DNA of 64,000 nucleotides from positions 30,161,816-30,225,815 of the forward strand of contig NC_068992.1 in the NCBI RefSeq assembly GCF_001194135.2. Reading direction: 5' to 3'. Both the position numbers and the translations under genes were made by a program. The DNA is from Octopus bimaculoides. Its lineage: Eukaryota. Under the pieces are notes generated by a model, which was given only the letters and a program-made list of their open reading frames with translations, did no database searches and was not told where the DNA came from. Below are positions 1 to 10,984 of the stretch, piece by piece. Each line of letters opens with the position of its first letter. Positions within the stretch are counted from its first letter, which is position 1.

Positions 1-2204
1 TATATGATGCAGTAAATTATGAGAGCACTTATTCAACAAGGAAAATTAAAAAAATAATAAACCGAATTCCAAATGGATTAGCAACGAATGTTCGCCGCCA
101 AAAAATACCATATCATTTTAAACAAAGAAGACTATACGGAGCAATGTATTACTCCATAGACTTTCGAGAGAGGAATGAAGCAAATTGTTAAACATTACGA
201 TCATTTTAAGTAAATAATCTCCAACTTACCCAAAATCCGAACACTATACATGTATATATATATTACTTGCATATAATAATTATGTAACTGGTATGTATCC
301 CTTCAGCTACTGCGAATAGCGCTACTCACCTACAAGTAGAAAAGAAGAAATATCGAATCTATGTTAACTGAGTAAAATGCCTCATAGTTTTAAATATTTT
401 CACAAAGACAACAAGCATCTACTGGTAAAAAGTTTGTTAACTATTCCTTTAATATAGTACAGAAACAAACATATACAAATAAAACATAAACAAATGCAAA
501 CACATATATATATCATAAAAAGGGTAATATAGTATGCATTCTTTCAATTGTTGATGGTTTAATGCTCATTTCAAAATTGTATGGAAAGACAGTTTATTTT
601 ACGAGTAACTAGTTCTTATACATTTGCTACGTACGGAATGTAATGTCAGAAGAATTTTTACTCTTAGTTACAGAGTATGATGCATATTCTTGAGAAACTG
701 TAAGATAAGGGGAAACTGTTATGAAATTGTGCTTATACTGTGCGTAGTTGAATTGTTGGAAGTTATTTCATCGTGTTGAGAAAAGATATTTAAAAATATT
801 ATTTCCAGCACTTGGGCTAATGTAGCGGTTTATATGAAAATATTCACCTTTGTAAGATATTCTCGATGAATTTGCAGGAATATAAGTATAAATGTATACG
901 CAGATATTAGCAAATTAAATATCTACTTGATGAGAGAAATACATCGTAATTGTATAATGATTTATTACAAAATATATGTTTTAAAATGCCATCACCAACA
1001 ATAATCATTGGTTAAATCTCGAGAAAAATTGACACAGCTGTCATAAAATAAAGATTGTTTAGCTATTAGTATATAAGTATATACGATATTACGGAGCTCA
1101 TTATTTTTGAAAATGGTTTCTTTTCTAATGTTAAGTGAACAGTTAATTTTTCATAACCTTAAAAATATAGATATAACATTTGCTTGTCAGTCACTATTTG
1201 AAAAAAACAAAATATTCACGCATATCGGATAGGGTTTCCTTTTGTCATTATTATTCTTTTAAATAAAGATGTAGCTATTGTAAACTTCCTTTCCATCATG
1301 CGAAAGTTACTCTCAGTTACATATGCATCTTGACAGCTGTGATATAGGGAACTATTGAAATAGGAATGCTTTGATGTGTTCCTTTACGTAGTAAATTGCA
1401 CTGTACGAAAAACCAAAAAATGTCAGTATGGCCGATTTTATTAAATTATTTAAATTCTACAAGGTGATTTAAGTATTTTCTCTTAGTATATTGTCCTTTA
1501 CTTATGTAAATATTCTGATGAGATGGGAAACGTAAATATCAACTTTTGATTTTCTATCTTGTGTCTTTATTGTTCTTCTCTTCTCTGAAATATCCTATGT
1601 AGAAGCTGTTTTCACTGACTTACTCATTCTCATCATGAAAACACAAAAGTTCGCAAGACTGGGCGATATATTATAGCTGCATGACATACTTATGTTTGCT
1701 AACAGTTGAGACAGTGTATTCATGTATAAATCAAGGCAGGACCCTGCCACGTAATGAATATCTGTTCAGCATCACCGTCGACTGAAAATATACGCAGCAA
1801 AAGGAGTTAAATGGAGGGGTATTAAGAATTTGAAGATACAAAAAACAACTAACTGGTAATGAACACTATTTTAAGACATGATCAGATAACTGGCAAGTCT
1901 GATCTATTCTTCTGAAGATTCTACCACTTAACTATATATGGAGTTAATAATGACAACAATAGTAATTATTGAGGACATAACAAAAAGTAAGAATGCTTGG
2001 ACAAAGTATTCCTGCATATCTAATATATGTTTAGCTACTGTGACTCGCCAATGAGTTTAATTTATTTGTTGGCCAGTATATACATATATATATATATATA
2101 TATACAATGAATAATATAATCCGATTGCGTTCTTGTAAATAATAATAGTCAGATGCTTGGAAAAACTAAATTGATAAAAAAAACATGAGCAGTTTACACT
2201 TGTG

Positions 2205-2227
2205 ATGATAATGATGTTGTTGATGGC

Positions 2228-2297
<70 letters not shown>

Positions 2298-2420
2298 GTG
2301 ATGATGGTGATGATGATGAGGAGGAGGAGGAGGAGGAGGAGGAGGATTATGACGACGACGATAGTGTTGTTATAGTTGGTGATGAGGGTGTTGATAATGA
2401 TCATGAGCATGATGATGTTT
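2205..2420. repeat. Compound (GAT)n/(GAG)n microsatellite
   Basis: Read directly from the sequence. Confidence 0.95.
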
Positions 2421-3033
2421 GCATTTGTCGTGGTAGTGATGTTGCTACTGCTGTTGCTGAAGGTGGTGTAGACGATTAGGATAACTGTGACAGAAGCCTG
2501 CGAATGATAATTAAGATGATTATAATGAAAGGTGATATTAGAGTGCTATTAAATGCGTGAAATTAAGAAGTGTAACTTCAAATTTCTTCTAAATATATGT
2601 TTCAAACAAATATTTAGAAGACTATTACACTCATACTTCTTAGATTCATAGCTCAAGTTTCGACATTCTCAAATATCGACTGGGTTAAGAGGAATACATT
2701 GTGAAAATTACATATCGTTAAATATGTCACTTTTGGCGTGTACCAAGCTGGATTTGATCAGGCTTTTGTGATAGTAATGGCAACATTCTTAGAATTATGC
2801 TTTCGTGACCAAAGTCATTGCTGCTGAACTAGTTTAAGTCGATACAGAACATGTTCATGAATATTCCGTCCTTGTCTGAGTAAATTATTGTAATTCTCTT
2901 CAGTATACGCTTGATTGTCTCAAGTAAGTTTCTAGTTGTATATTTTCTTATACTAAGGAGATAGACAATTCGATAGAGACGTAATTTAAGATGGAGGAAA
3001 ACAAGGAAAACGAAACATGAAAACAAAAGTCAG

Positions 3034-3340
3034 TAATGATGATGATATTGATGATGATGTTCACGCTAATGATTATGATGATGATGAAGATGATGATGTG
3101 GAGGAGGAGGAAATGGAAGCGGGGGATGACAACGACTACGATGATGACCAACATCATAATTATATAAAATAGAACCATCACGACAAATGTCATCATCAAA
3201 ATCCACCCCCACCTCTACCTCATCATCATCATAATCATGATCACGATCATGATCATGTCCATAATCATCATCATTATCCACAACACTAAAACCTTCAAAA
3301 GCAACTGTTCTCATCATCAACATTATCATCACCATCATTT
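3034..3340. repeat. Degenerate (GAT)n then (CAT)n trinucleotide region
   Basis: Read directly from the sequence. Confidence 0.85.
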
Positions 3341-4340
3341 TTGCGGTTGACTTCGTTGTAATGGGCGTGAAGCAGGTACTGGGAGTGATGTTGTTGGTGG
3401 TAGTGGTTTGAGTGATGGTGGTAGTGATTTGAATGATAATGTAATTAATGCAAGGTATCTAATACACTTAACGACGAAAAATAAATGAGAAGTTTAAAGA
3501 AATAGAAGGCAATCAATGAACAAAATGCTAAAAAACAAAAACGAACAAAGTAGGAATAAATATCGAAGTTAAGCCAAATGTAATGCAAAAGACAAAATCA
3601 GCCGACGAAGCGAAAATGGAGAGAAAAAAAGTGATGTAAAGAAAACGTAAAACAAGATTAAAGAAAAATTGAAAACATTGCGATTAGAAAGACAAAAAGT
3701 TAACACTACAAGAGGAAAAAGTTCTCGGAAAAACAAAGCGATCAGAAAAAGTCTATGCAAAGAAGGAATATACACGGAGAGGAAGGAAATGATATACAAC
3801 AGACGAGAAAAAAAGGCAGGAAGTATAAGGCGACAAGAATATTAGTAAGGTAACGATATAGCATTACTAAAGACAAAATATGAATTACAATGTCAAAAAA
3901 GAGATAAAAGCAGAGTGAAAATATGTAGTGGTAAATGAAAGAAAAATACAAAGTTGAATATAATCGGAGACACTATAGACGCATTTGCTAAAAATTAAAT
4001 TTGGAAAGTCATATAGAAATAAGTAAAAAGAGAAAAGCGGATGAAATTATAAAAGTTAAGTAGTGGAGAAGAATCGACGAAGAGAAGATGATTACATATC
4101 ATTCCATAGTATTTTGAAGAACTAGAAACCAAAACATAGCTGAATAACATGATGATACATATGAAGAAATATTCATCGACCAGCACGTTTGTGGAAGCGT
4201 TAGTCGATCCATCTACACCAATGCTTTACCGATCCATCTTTTAATCGATTCAGGATTGATGGTGAACAAAGGTGAATTTGGTGGTATAGACTAGATAAAA
4301 GACGGAACAAATATTACGATTCCGTCAAGAAAACATTAGT

Positions 4341-4341
4341 T

Positions 4342-4386
<45 letters not shown>

Positions 4387-4387
4387 A

Positions 4388-4423
<36 letters not shown>

Positions 4424-4472
4424 GCTACTGCTGCTACTGCTGCTGCTGCTGTTGCTGCTGCTTCTGCTTCTT

Positions 4473-4535
<63 letters not shown>
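4341..4535. repeat. Compound (CTA)n-(CTG)n-(CTT)n-(CTA)n microsatellite
   Basis: Read directly from the sequence. Confidence 0.95.
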
Positions 4536-4566
4536 ATATTTTGTCAAATTCTTTGTGCTTGGACAG

Positions 4567-4717
4567 TAACAGCAACAACAACAACCACAACAACCACAAT
4601 AATAGCAACAACAACAATAATAAGACAAAGCACAGTTTCTCCCATCTACGATGTCTCAGTGAAACTTGCGAAAGACACATGCGAATTCAACATCGGAATG
4701 TTTACATGTGATAAAAT
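4567..4717 (+). CDS. Candidate internal exon: Thr-rich linker then ...SVKLAKDTCEFNIGMFTCDK(I); first Cys of a putative Sushi/CCP module
   Basis: Acceptor tactaat...ttctttgtgcttggacag with branch-like CTAAT, and donor AT|gtaagt. Open frame, phase 1 to phase 2. An alternative acceptor at 4659/4660 has the same phase. Joins in frame to 18438-18462. Confidence 0.5.
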
Positions 4718-5049
4718 GTAAGTGGAACAAATCACTAAGTACGTAAATTGATTAATTACACGTACACTCTAATATATACACAATCATATATACATTTCAA
4801 CACACATAGGACTACATATACATCCACATGTTTACACAACTACATGAAATTTACAGGATACACATCACATACATGTATATGAAAGCACGTGTCACAAGCG
4901 AATCAAAAAATAAACATTAAACATTTTTTTTTCAACTAATACAGAGTGAAAAATTCATACGTTTAAAAGCACCACAAAAAAACTATGCCCAGAGACAAAT
5001 CTATCTAGAGAGAAAATACAGACGAATAAAGATCTGTTAGTCATAAGAA

Positions 5050-7440
5050 CCTACGTTACGAGTAATGTCTTCATTCAGAGAATGTCAACGTCTAAGCTCG
5101 TCATGACTCAATGATAACAAAGCAAAATACAAACCGGAAAATCGGTCACCCGGTTCAACAAGGGTTGCGTACCCCAGTCAGGAACCAGACTGGACACGAA
5201 AAATCAGCTACTGGTTCAAATGCTCCCGAAACACAGGAGCTGGAAGTACCCCACGACCGGAATATACCAACAGAAGACCATCCACGCTCGTCATCAAATA
5301 ATGAAAAGAAAAGAATGAAACATGGTCTAGGGGAGATGATGAAGAAGTTATTAAAGCCTACTAGCATGCCATTATTTCCCCACAAATAAATCTAATACTA
5401 AACGAACCTACCTGAAATTGAGGCACAAGCACCTTGAAGTAAGATCATATATAGAAATTAGTAACTGGATTAGAGAATGACCAAATTAAACAATCATTAA
5501 GGGATAAAGGGAACGAAGTTGCAGCTAAAGAAGATACTACAGAAGAAATAGTTTTAGACCAATCCAGGTCTGATAAAAATGCAGTAATGATAGAAAGAGT
5601 TAATGTAACTGTTAAGCCCAGTGAAAAAACCTCAAGTTTAACAAGACTATCTAAACAACAAAACCCGAAAATAAAAGAAGAAATATAATATGAAAAACAT
5701 ACTTGACATCGATACTACCATAGACGATATAAAGCAAAAGATATGCGCTGTAGCTACCCGAATAGCACGGTACCAAATGCGTATTAGATTCTTCAAGTAC
5801 AAGAGTATGCCAAAGAATACCCCCAAAATTTTTCCCAGGAAGATAGTTAAAATCTCAATTAAAATTCCCCTCAAAAGAAGTGCAGGAATTTTGGAATAAA
5901 ATTTAGGCTAAAGAAAAAAAAAACACACACACAATCAAAAAGCCCCTTGGATTGATAGATTATCTACTGACTTAAACTTCTTAGAAGAGCAAAAAGTGGG
6001 AGGGTATCAAGATAGAAGATGTAAGATCTGCTCTCAGGAAGTCAAACAAATGGAAGTCTCCAGGAAAGGATATAATTCCTAACTTCTGATTGAATTCTTT
6101 CCCAGAGAGTCATGAACTGCAAACAAACTTTACAACAATGTTTTGAAACAACCTAGTACAATTCCCTCCTGTCAAGTTAATAGTGTTACATAACTATTTC
6201 CAAAAAATGAAGACACTAATGAACCAAAAAATTATAGACCCATAACCTGCCTAACAACAATGCATAAAATACTAGCATCTGTCTTGACTGAATATACCTA
6301 TAATTTTTTGATAGAATGTGACATATTGCCCAATAAGCAAAAAGAATGTCAGCGTGGGTCCTATGGTTTAAAGATAACTGGGGCCTAGTCGACTACATCA
6401 ACCCACGTGATTCACTGATATTTAATTTATCAACTCCGAAGGGATGAAATGCTAAGAACGAATAAAAAAAAAGAACTAATAATAATAATATCAGTGGAAG
6501 ACTGCGTGGAGTTAGCTAGAGTAGATACATACTCTTATGTAGGTAATAGTAAAGAAAGTTTATAAAATGCCGCTAGAGCCACAGCAAGATATATGGAAAC
6601 CAAAACAATAAATGAACTTAAAAACCAGAAAAAAAGAGTAACTATCTGACTGGTAGGAGAAGGCGTTGCATGGTAGATTCCCAGAAATATTTTCAGTAAA
6701 TAGTAGTAGTGAGACATGGTTATAGTTGCAGAAGTGAAAACTGAAGAGGGAGACAGAAAACATGTTAGGAGCTACACAAGATCAAGCATTAAGTACTAAT
6801 TAGATAAAAGCCAAAGTAAACAAAAACGAAATAGATTCTCAATGTAGATTATGCAAATCAAAATAGGAAAGTGTTACTCATATGCATGTAGCATGCTGAA
6901 ACAGAAAGAATACAAGAAAGACATGACAATCCAAGGATAGCACTTTGTAGAAAGCTAGAATTTGAATATACTGATAATTGGCATGAACATGAATCTATTA
7001 AAGTACTAGAAAGTAAGAAGTACATGTTGTTGTGGGACTGACAGAGCTAGGAGGCCTGATTTGATAGTAGTAGATAAAGAGGATAGGAAGTGCCCGATAA
7101 TTGACCTTATATTCCTAAATGATGAGAACATTAATATGAAAAGTATAGAAAAATAGCAAAGTGCCAGGCCCAAGGTACTGGATTACAGAGACTATGGAAG
7201 GTGCGTGTAAAATGTATCGGAGGAGTTATAGGTGCATTGGGAACTATCCCTAAATATCTGAACCGACGAATAGAGGAAATAGGCATAAAACTCAGTTTAG
7301 TGCAGTTGCAGAAGACGGTGTTATTAGGGATAGCTAGGATACTTTGGAGGGTTCTTGGCACCTAAGGCCCGATATTAGTATTCTCTTCCTTTCTAACAGT
7401 CTAATCTGTTGAGTGTATAATAATAATAAGAAGAAGAAGA
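5050..7440 (+). mobile_element. Decayed R4/Dong-like non-LTR retrotransposon (RT plus restriction-like endonuclease), internally deleted
   Basis: My translation gives KWKSPGKDIIPNF (~6048), KNYRPITCLTTMHKILASVLTEY...KQKECQRGSYGLKD (6228-6375), zinc knuckle CRLCKSK*ESVTHI (~6843), RLE RRPDLIVVDKEDRKCPIID (~7050) and terminal GALGTIP...LQKTVLLGIARILWRVLGT*. Many stops and frameshifts; tail (TAA)(AAG)n. The 5' boundary is approximate. Confidence 0.85.
6378..6450 (-). mobile_element. SINE family B fragment at the RT deletion junction of the R4/Dong-like element
   Basis: The reverse complement ttcatcccttcggagttgataaattaaatatcag...gggttgatgtagtcgact resembles the family B copies at 59537 and 62225. 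Confidence 0.55.
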
Positions 7441-7442
7441 AG

Positions 7443-7768
7443 AAATGGAAAAACTTTCAAAATACAAAGACCTGGAAATAGAGATAACTCGAATGTGGAG
7501 TCTAAAAACAGAAGCAATTCCTATCATAGTAGGTGCCTTAGGTATAATAAAAAATATTCAGACAAATACATAACAAAAACACCAGGACTTACAAATATAT
7601 ATAACATACAGAAAATTGCACTACTAGGTACTGCACACATTCTACGCAAAACACTTTCAATACAGTAAACATAAGAGCGCCACAGCAAACCACAGCACAT
7701 ACCCAAGGCGCACAGAGCTGCGCTCGGTAGTGAAGTGAAAGCACGTTATAAAAATAAAACTACTGAAC

Positions 7769-7830
<62 letters not shown>
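7443..7830 (+). mobile_element. 5'-truncated second R4/Dong-like subfamily copy (RLE C-terminus, 3'UTR, (TAA)n tail)
   Basis: KLSKYKDLEIEITRMWSLKTEAIPIIVGALGIIK/...IQKIALLGTAHILRKTLSIQ*, followed by a 3'UTR and about 20 AAT units. Confidence 0.85.
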
Positions 7831-7831
<1 letters not shown>

Positions 7832-7834
7832 TTG

Positions 7835-8530
7835 TTTATTGCTTACAAGAGTCCTACGCAAAAACAAAAATACACGACCAAGAACAGTGAGGATTTACAT
7901 TTAATGCGTGTAAAGCTTAAAAAAAAACAATAACAACAATAATCACACAAGCAGTAATATTCCGCCAAGGCACCTCGGGCGGGTACCCGTATTCTCCCAA
8001 GTCCCTTCAGCTTACAGGGGTCTGCTCGAGGAGGCATAGTCTTACGGGCCACCCTTCAACAAAATTACTGAGGTGGGGTATTTCTTTTCTCCACTCTCAC
8101 TTTACTTTAGAGATTGAACTTCAAAATGTTGATGAGGCATTAGTTGAAGGGGAAAGTATCTATCTTCAGTCCTATACACCTCGTCTACCACACTGTCTCT
8201 TCCGCCACAGCCACCAGACAACAAAATTGCCTGCTCTTTCTGGCGAAAAGAAGTGAGGTGATCTTCCCAACATGCTCCTCCACTTAGTAAATCTATCCTA
8301 CTCAAGATATTAGCTGTTCGATATTAGCTCCATAAAACAGCAATGCCCGGACAATGGGCAGGTGTATGCAGAACGGTTTCATCGCTCTGCACCCAACTGA
8401 GACAGGTCCGGCTGACAGTACTTCTGTGCCTCTTACTGATGTCCAGAACTGTCACGTCTTCCAGGTAGCACTGCGAGTTCAGGGATTTCTCGATTTTTTT
8501 CCATAGGCCTGGGCCTTAAAGTCCTCTGAA
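7835..8530 (-). mobile_element. Tx1/L1-like LINE ORF2 3' fragment (decayed)
   Basis: Minus-strand remnant ...VLDISKRHRSTVSRTCLSWVQSDETVLHTPAHCP resembles the C-terminal CCHC motif of L1-clade ORF2. It lies tail-to-tail with the Dong-like copy. Confidence 0.65.
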
Positions 8531-8539
8531 ATGACCAAC

Positions 8540-8785
8540 CATTGTTTACATTATTTACATTATTTACATTAGTTACATTCGACGGATATTTATCCTTTGA
8601 TGTTTACACAACGTTTCGGCTAATATACCCTCAGCGTTCTTCAGGTGTCTTGGTTTCTCATTCCTAAGGTATTTTCGATGTTATTATTATTATTATTATT
8701 ATTATCGTTGTTGCTCAGGTCACTGCTTAGAATCGAACTCAGAATCTTAGGGTTAATAGCCCGCGCTCTTAACCACTATGCCATT
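8540..8785 (-). mobile_element. tRNA-derived SINE (family E) with internal (AAT)n, hammerhead-like core and (AATGTAAAT)n tail
   Basis: Head ggcatagtggttaagagcgcgggct...gagttcgattc carries A and B boxes. It is followed by (AAT)n, cctgaagaacgctgagggtatattagccgaaacgttg, a ggata-aa-tatcc hairpin and tail repeats. Confidence 0.75.
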
Positions 8786-9030
8786 TGGTCGTAGCGAGAT
8801 AGCAAGCGTTCTAGTTTCATCAACAATAAAACAAGACAAGGAATGACGACCAGGTGGTAGTAGAGGACGGAAGCGATATACGCTTTCACCACCTCTGCCT
8901 GGCCATTCAGGGGCAGCTTCATCTCTGCCGTTTCTGAGTGAGACTGACCATCATGCCCGTCACCTCCCCTAGCTCTTGTCTTGGTTGTCCAAACAGAACC
9001 AAACGCATAGCAATTCGAACGGCCCTTATT
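8786..9030 (-). mobile_element. Tx1/L1-like RT C-terminal fragment (upstream part of the 7835-8530 element)
   Basis: KLPLNGQAEVVKAYIASVLYYHLVVIPC...LMKLERLLSR resembles the L1-clade post-RT 'LSLKGR..V.N..I.S...Y' region. Confidence 0.65.
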
Positions 9031-10277
9031 TCCAGCATCATAGTACATGTGAATAATGCATATATCGGTTTCTGTGTGTAAAGCTATAATATCATATGAT
9101 TACATTAGACGTATTATGAAAACATGGACATCGGTGCAGTCTGCGTCCAGTATGCAGTACCACACCTAGCACTAAAAGCGTTTTTACAGACCCTCATGAG
9201 GTAATAGTTTTGATATTCATCTGAATGGTCTTTGTGCAATACATAGTTGCCCACGCATAACAATATCTGAAAAATATCATGTAATGGGCGAGTGAATAAA
9301 TGATATGTATTGTACAGATAAACTGTTCACCATATGATTATTATTTTTTTTCTTTTTTCTAAATTAGGAAACACAGTGCGGAACATGGCAGAACATTCAG
9401 ATCTTGCCTCCTGGGTATAGAATCTCATTTGTTTCATCTCATAGGGCACTGGCTTATATATAAACAGAATTACATAAAAAAAGAGGAAAGAAATAGAAAA
9501 ACGTTCTGTGCTAAGATTTTACAAGACAAAAGAAACATATCCGATACCACAAATCCAATTGATTCTAGTCTTAGCAAGATTCTTTATTTGTGTTTCCTGG
9601 CTAGAACATATACATGCAATCAGAGGTGTAAACGGTATATAGAGATAAAACAAATGTTATCACTCTCACGTGGACACTCACATTCATGCAGTTAAGAGAC
9701 ATGTGCACCTATTCTATGAATACAAGTATATTATCACACAACTATGTATATGCAGTCGATAACTACAAAACAGGTGTAAATAGACACACATTCACAAATA
9801 CGTCGAAACATCTGGAATAAATAGAAAATATTGTTATTTCGTAGTGACTGACACGACTGAATTCTGCAAATATCCTTTGGTAATCTTAAATAAAAATATA
9901 CATGTATTCGCATAAACAAATATTACCACAAACACGTTCGTGGGCTCAAGTCCCGAGGACAGCATTGGAATTATTCCATCCAAAGTGTGTTTCTCAATAT
10001 TTAGACGCTATTAATCACAATATATCTCCTTCAACAATCAATGTTCCATAACAAAATAATTTCATGTTTGCTTTGAAGCTTATAATTTTTTTAATAATAT
10101 TAATAGTATACAATTCTCGCTGGATAAATTGGGAGGACTACGTTAGTCCAATCGTAGAAGACCTGTTCTGTTTTCAAAACATGTCGACCCGAGGCCTACG
10201 TATGGCTTTCAAAGTTTTCGATACGAAAAGAATTCTTTTCAAACCAATATTTGCATGGTAGGTTGATAGACTCTTTA

Positions 10278-10445
10278 GCACTTCGGGCAAATGAGTAACG
10301 CTATTTCGTCCGTCTTTACGTTTTCTGAGTTGCGCTTCCGTAGTAGTCGACTTTCCCGTTCATCGTTAGAGATCGATACAAAAAAGTACCAGTCGAGCCC
10401 TGGGGTCGATGTAATCGATTTTCCCCATTCCCCGAAATCTGAGAC
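10278..10445 (+). mobile_element. SINE family B copy
   Basis: gcacttcgggcaaatg...tttcgtccgtctttacgtt...aagtaccagt...ggggtcgatgtaatcga is shared with the other family B copies. Confidence 0.7.
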
Positions 10446-10984
10446 CAATATTTACAAGCTGTTGTTTACAGTAAATTTGCTTTAAGATCCAACATTCGAA
10501 AAAATAATTATTACATATTATCTTGAATTCTATAAAAAAGTTTGATGACGTCAACATAATCTTACTGATTTAGATGTTTGGAAGAATAAATAAAGTGTAT
10601 ATGCAATTATGGAAGGTAGCTTCTCTGGAGACCTGAGCACCTCTTTGAAATATGTGAGATATAAAATAGTTATGGACAAATGCATTGAAATATTCACTCT
10701 CTCTACCGGGTTTACAGATCTACTCTGCTCATAAGCTCTGGGTGGTAATTTATAATAACTAACTTTAAAAGGCAGATGAATCTATTGATTTATGAAAGTT
10801 AATTCATTATGAAATTTGATTTGGCAATGAACCTGAACACCTGCTGGCAAAAGATTAGAGAATCAAGTGTTAAGAGAGAAAGTGTTGAGGACAGAGAAAA
10901 GGAAAAAGGGAAACAGAGAGAAAAATGAAGCGAATGAGGTGTAAAGTGAGATAGTTGGTAAGCTCCCAACTATCAATATAGTAA

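Noticed and set aside
3460-4130. Strand-asymmetric purine-rich stretch (also 10850-10960 and 12860-13020)
   Set aside because: Looks like decayed GA/AAAG microsatellite. The antisense F/L/S-rich ORFs are compositional artefacts.
2057-4721. Poly-I, poly-L, poly-V and poly-D ORFs
   Set aside because: Trinucleotide-repeat read-through. Only the 4567-4717 part has splice support.
8700-8785. tRNA gene, here and at other A/B-box heads (46805, 51674, 63805)
   Set aside because: No complete cloverleaf or acceptor stem; each continues into a repeated SINE body.
9368-9414. + strand exon with a strong acceptor
   Set aside because: All three frames are open, the donor is weak (gtatag), and it is phase-incompatible with the 4717-18438 join. 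It remains possible only as an alternative exon.
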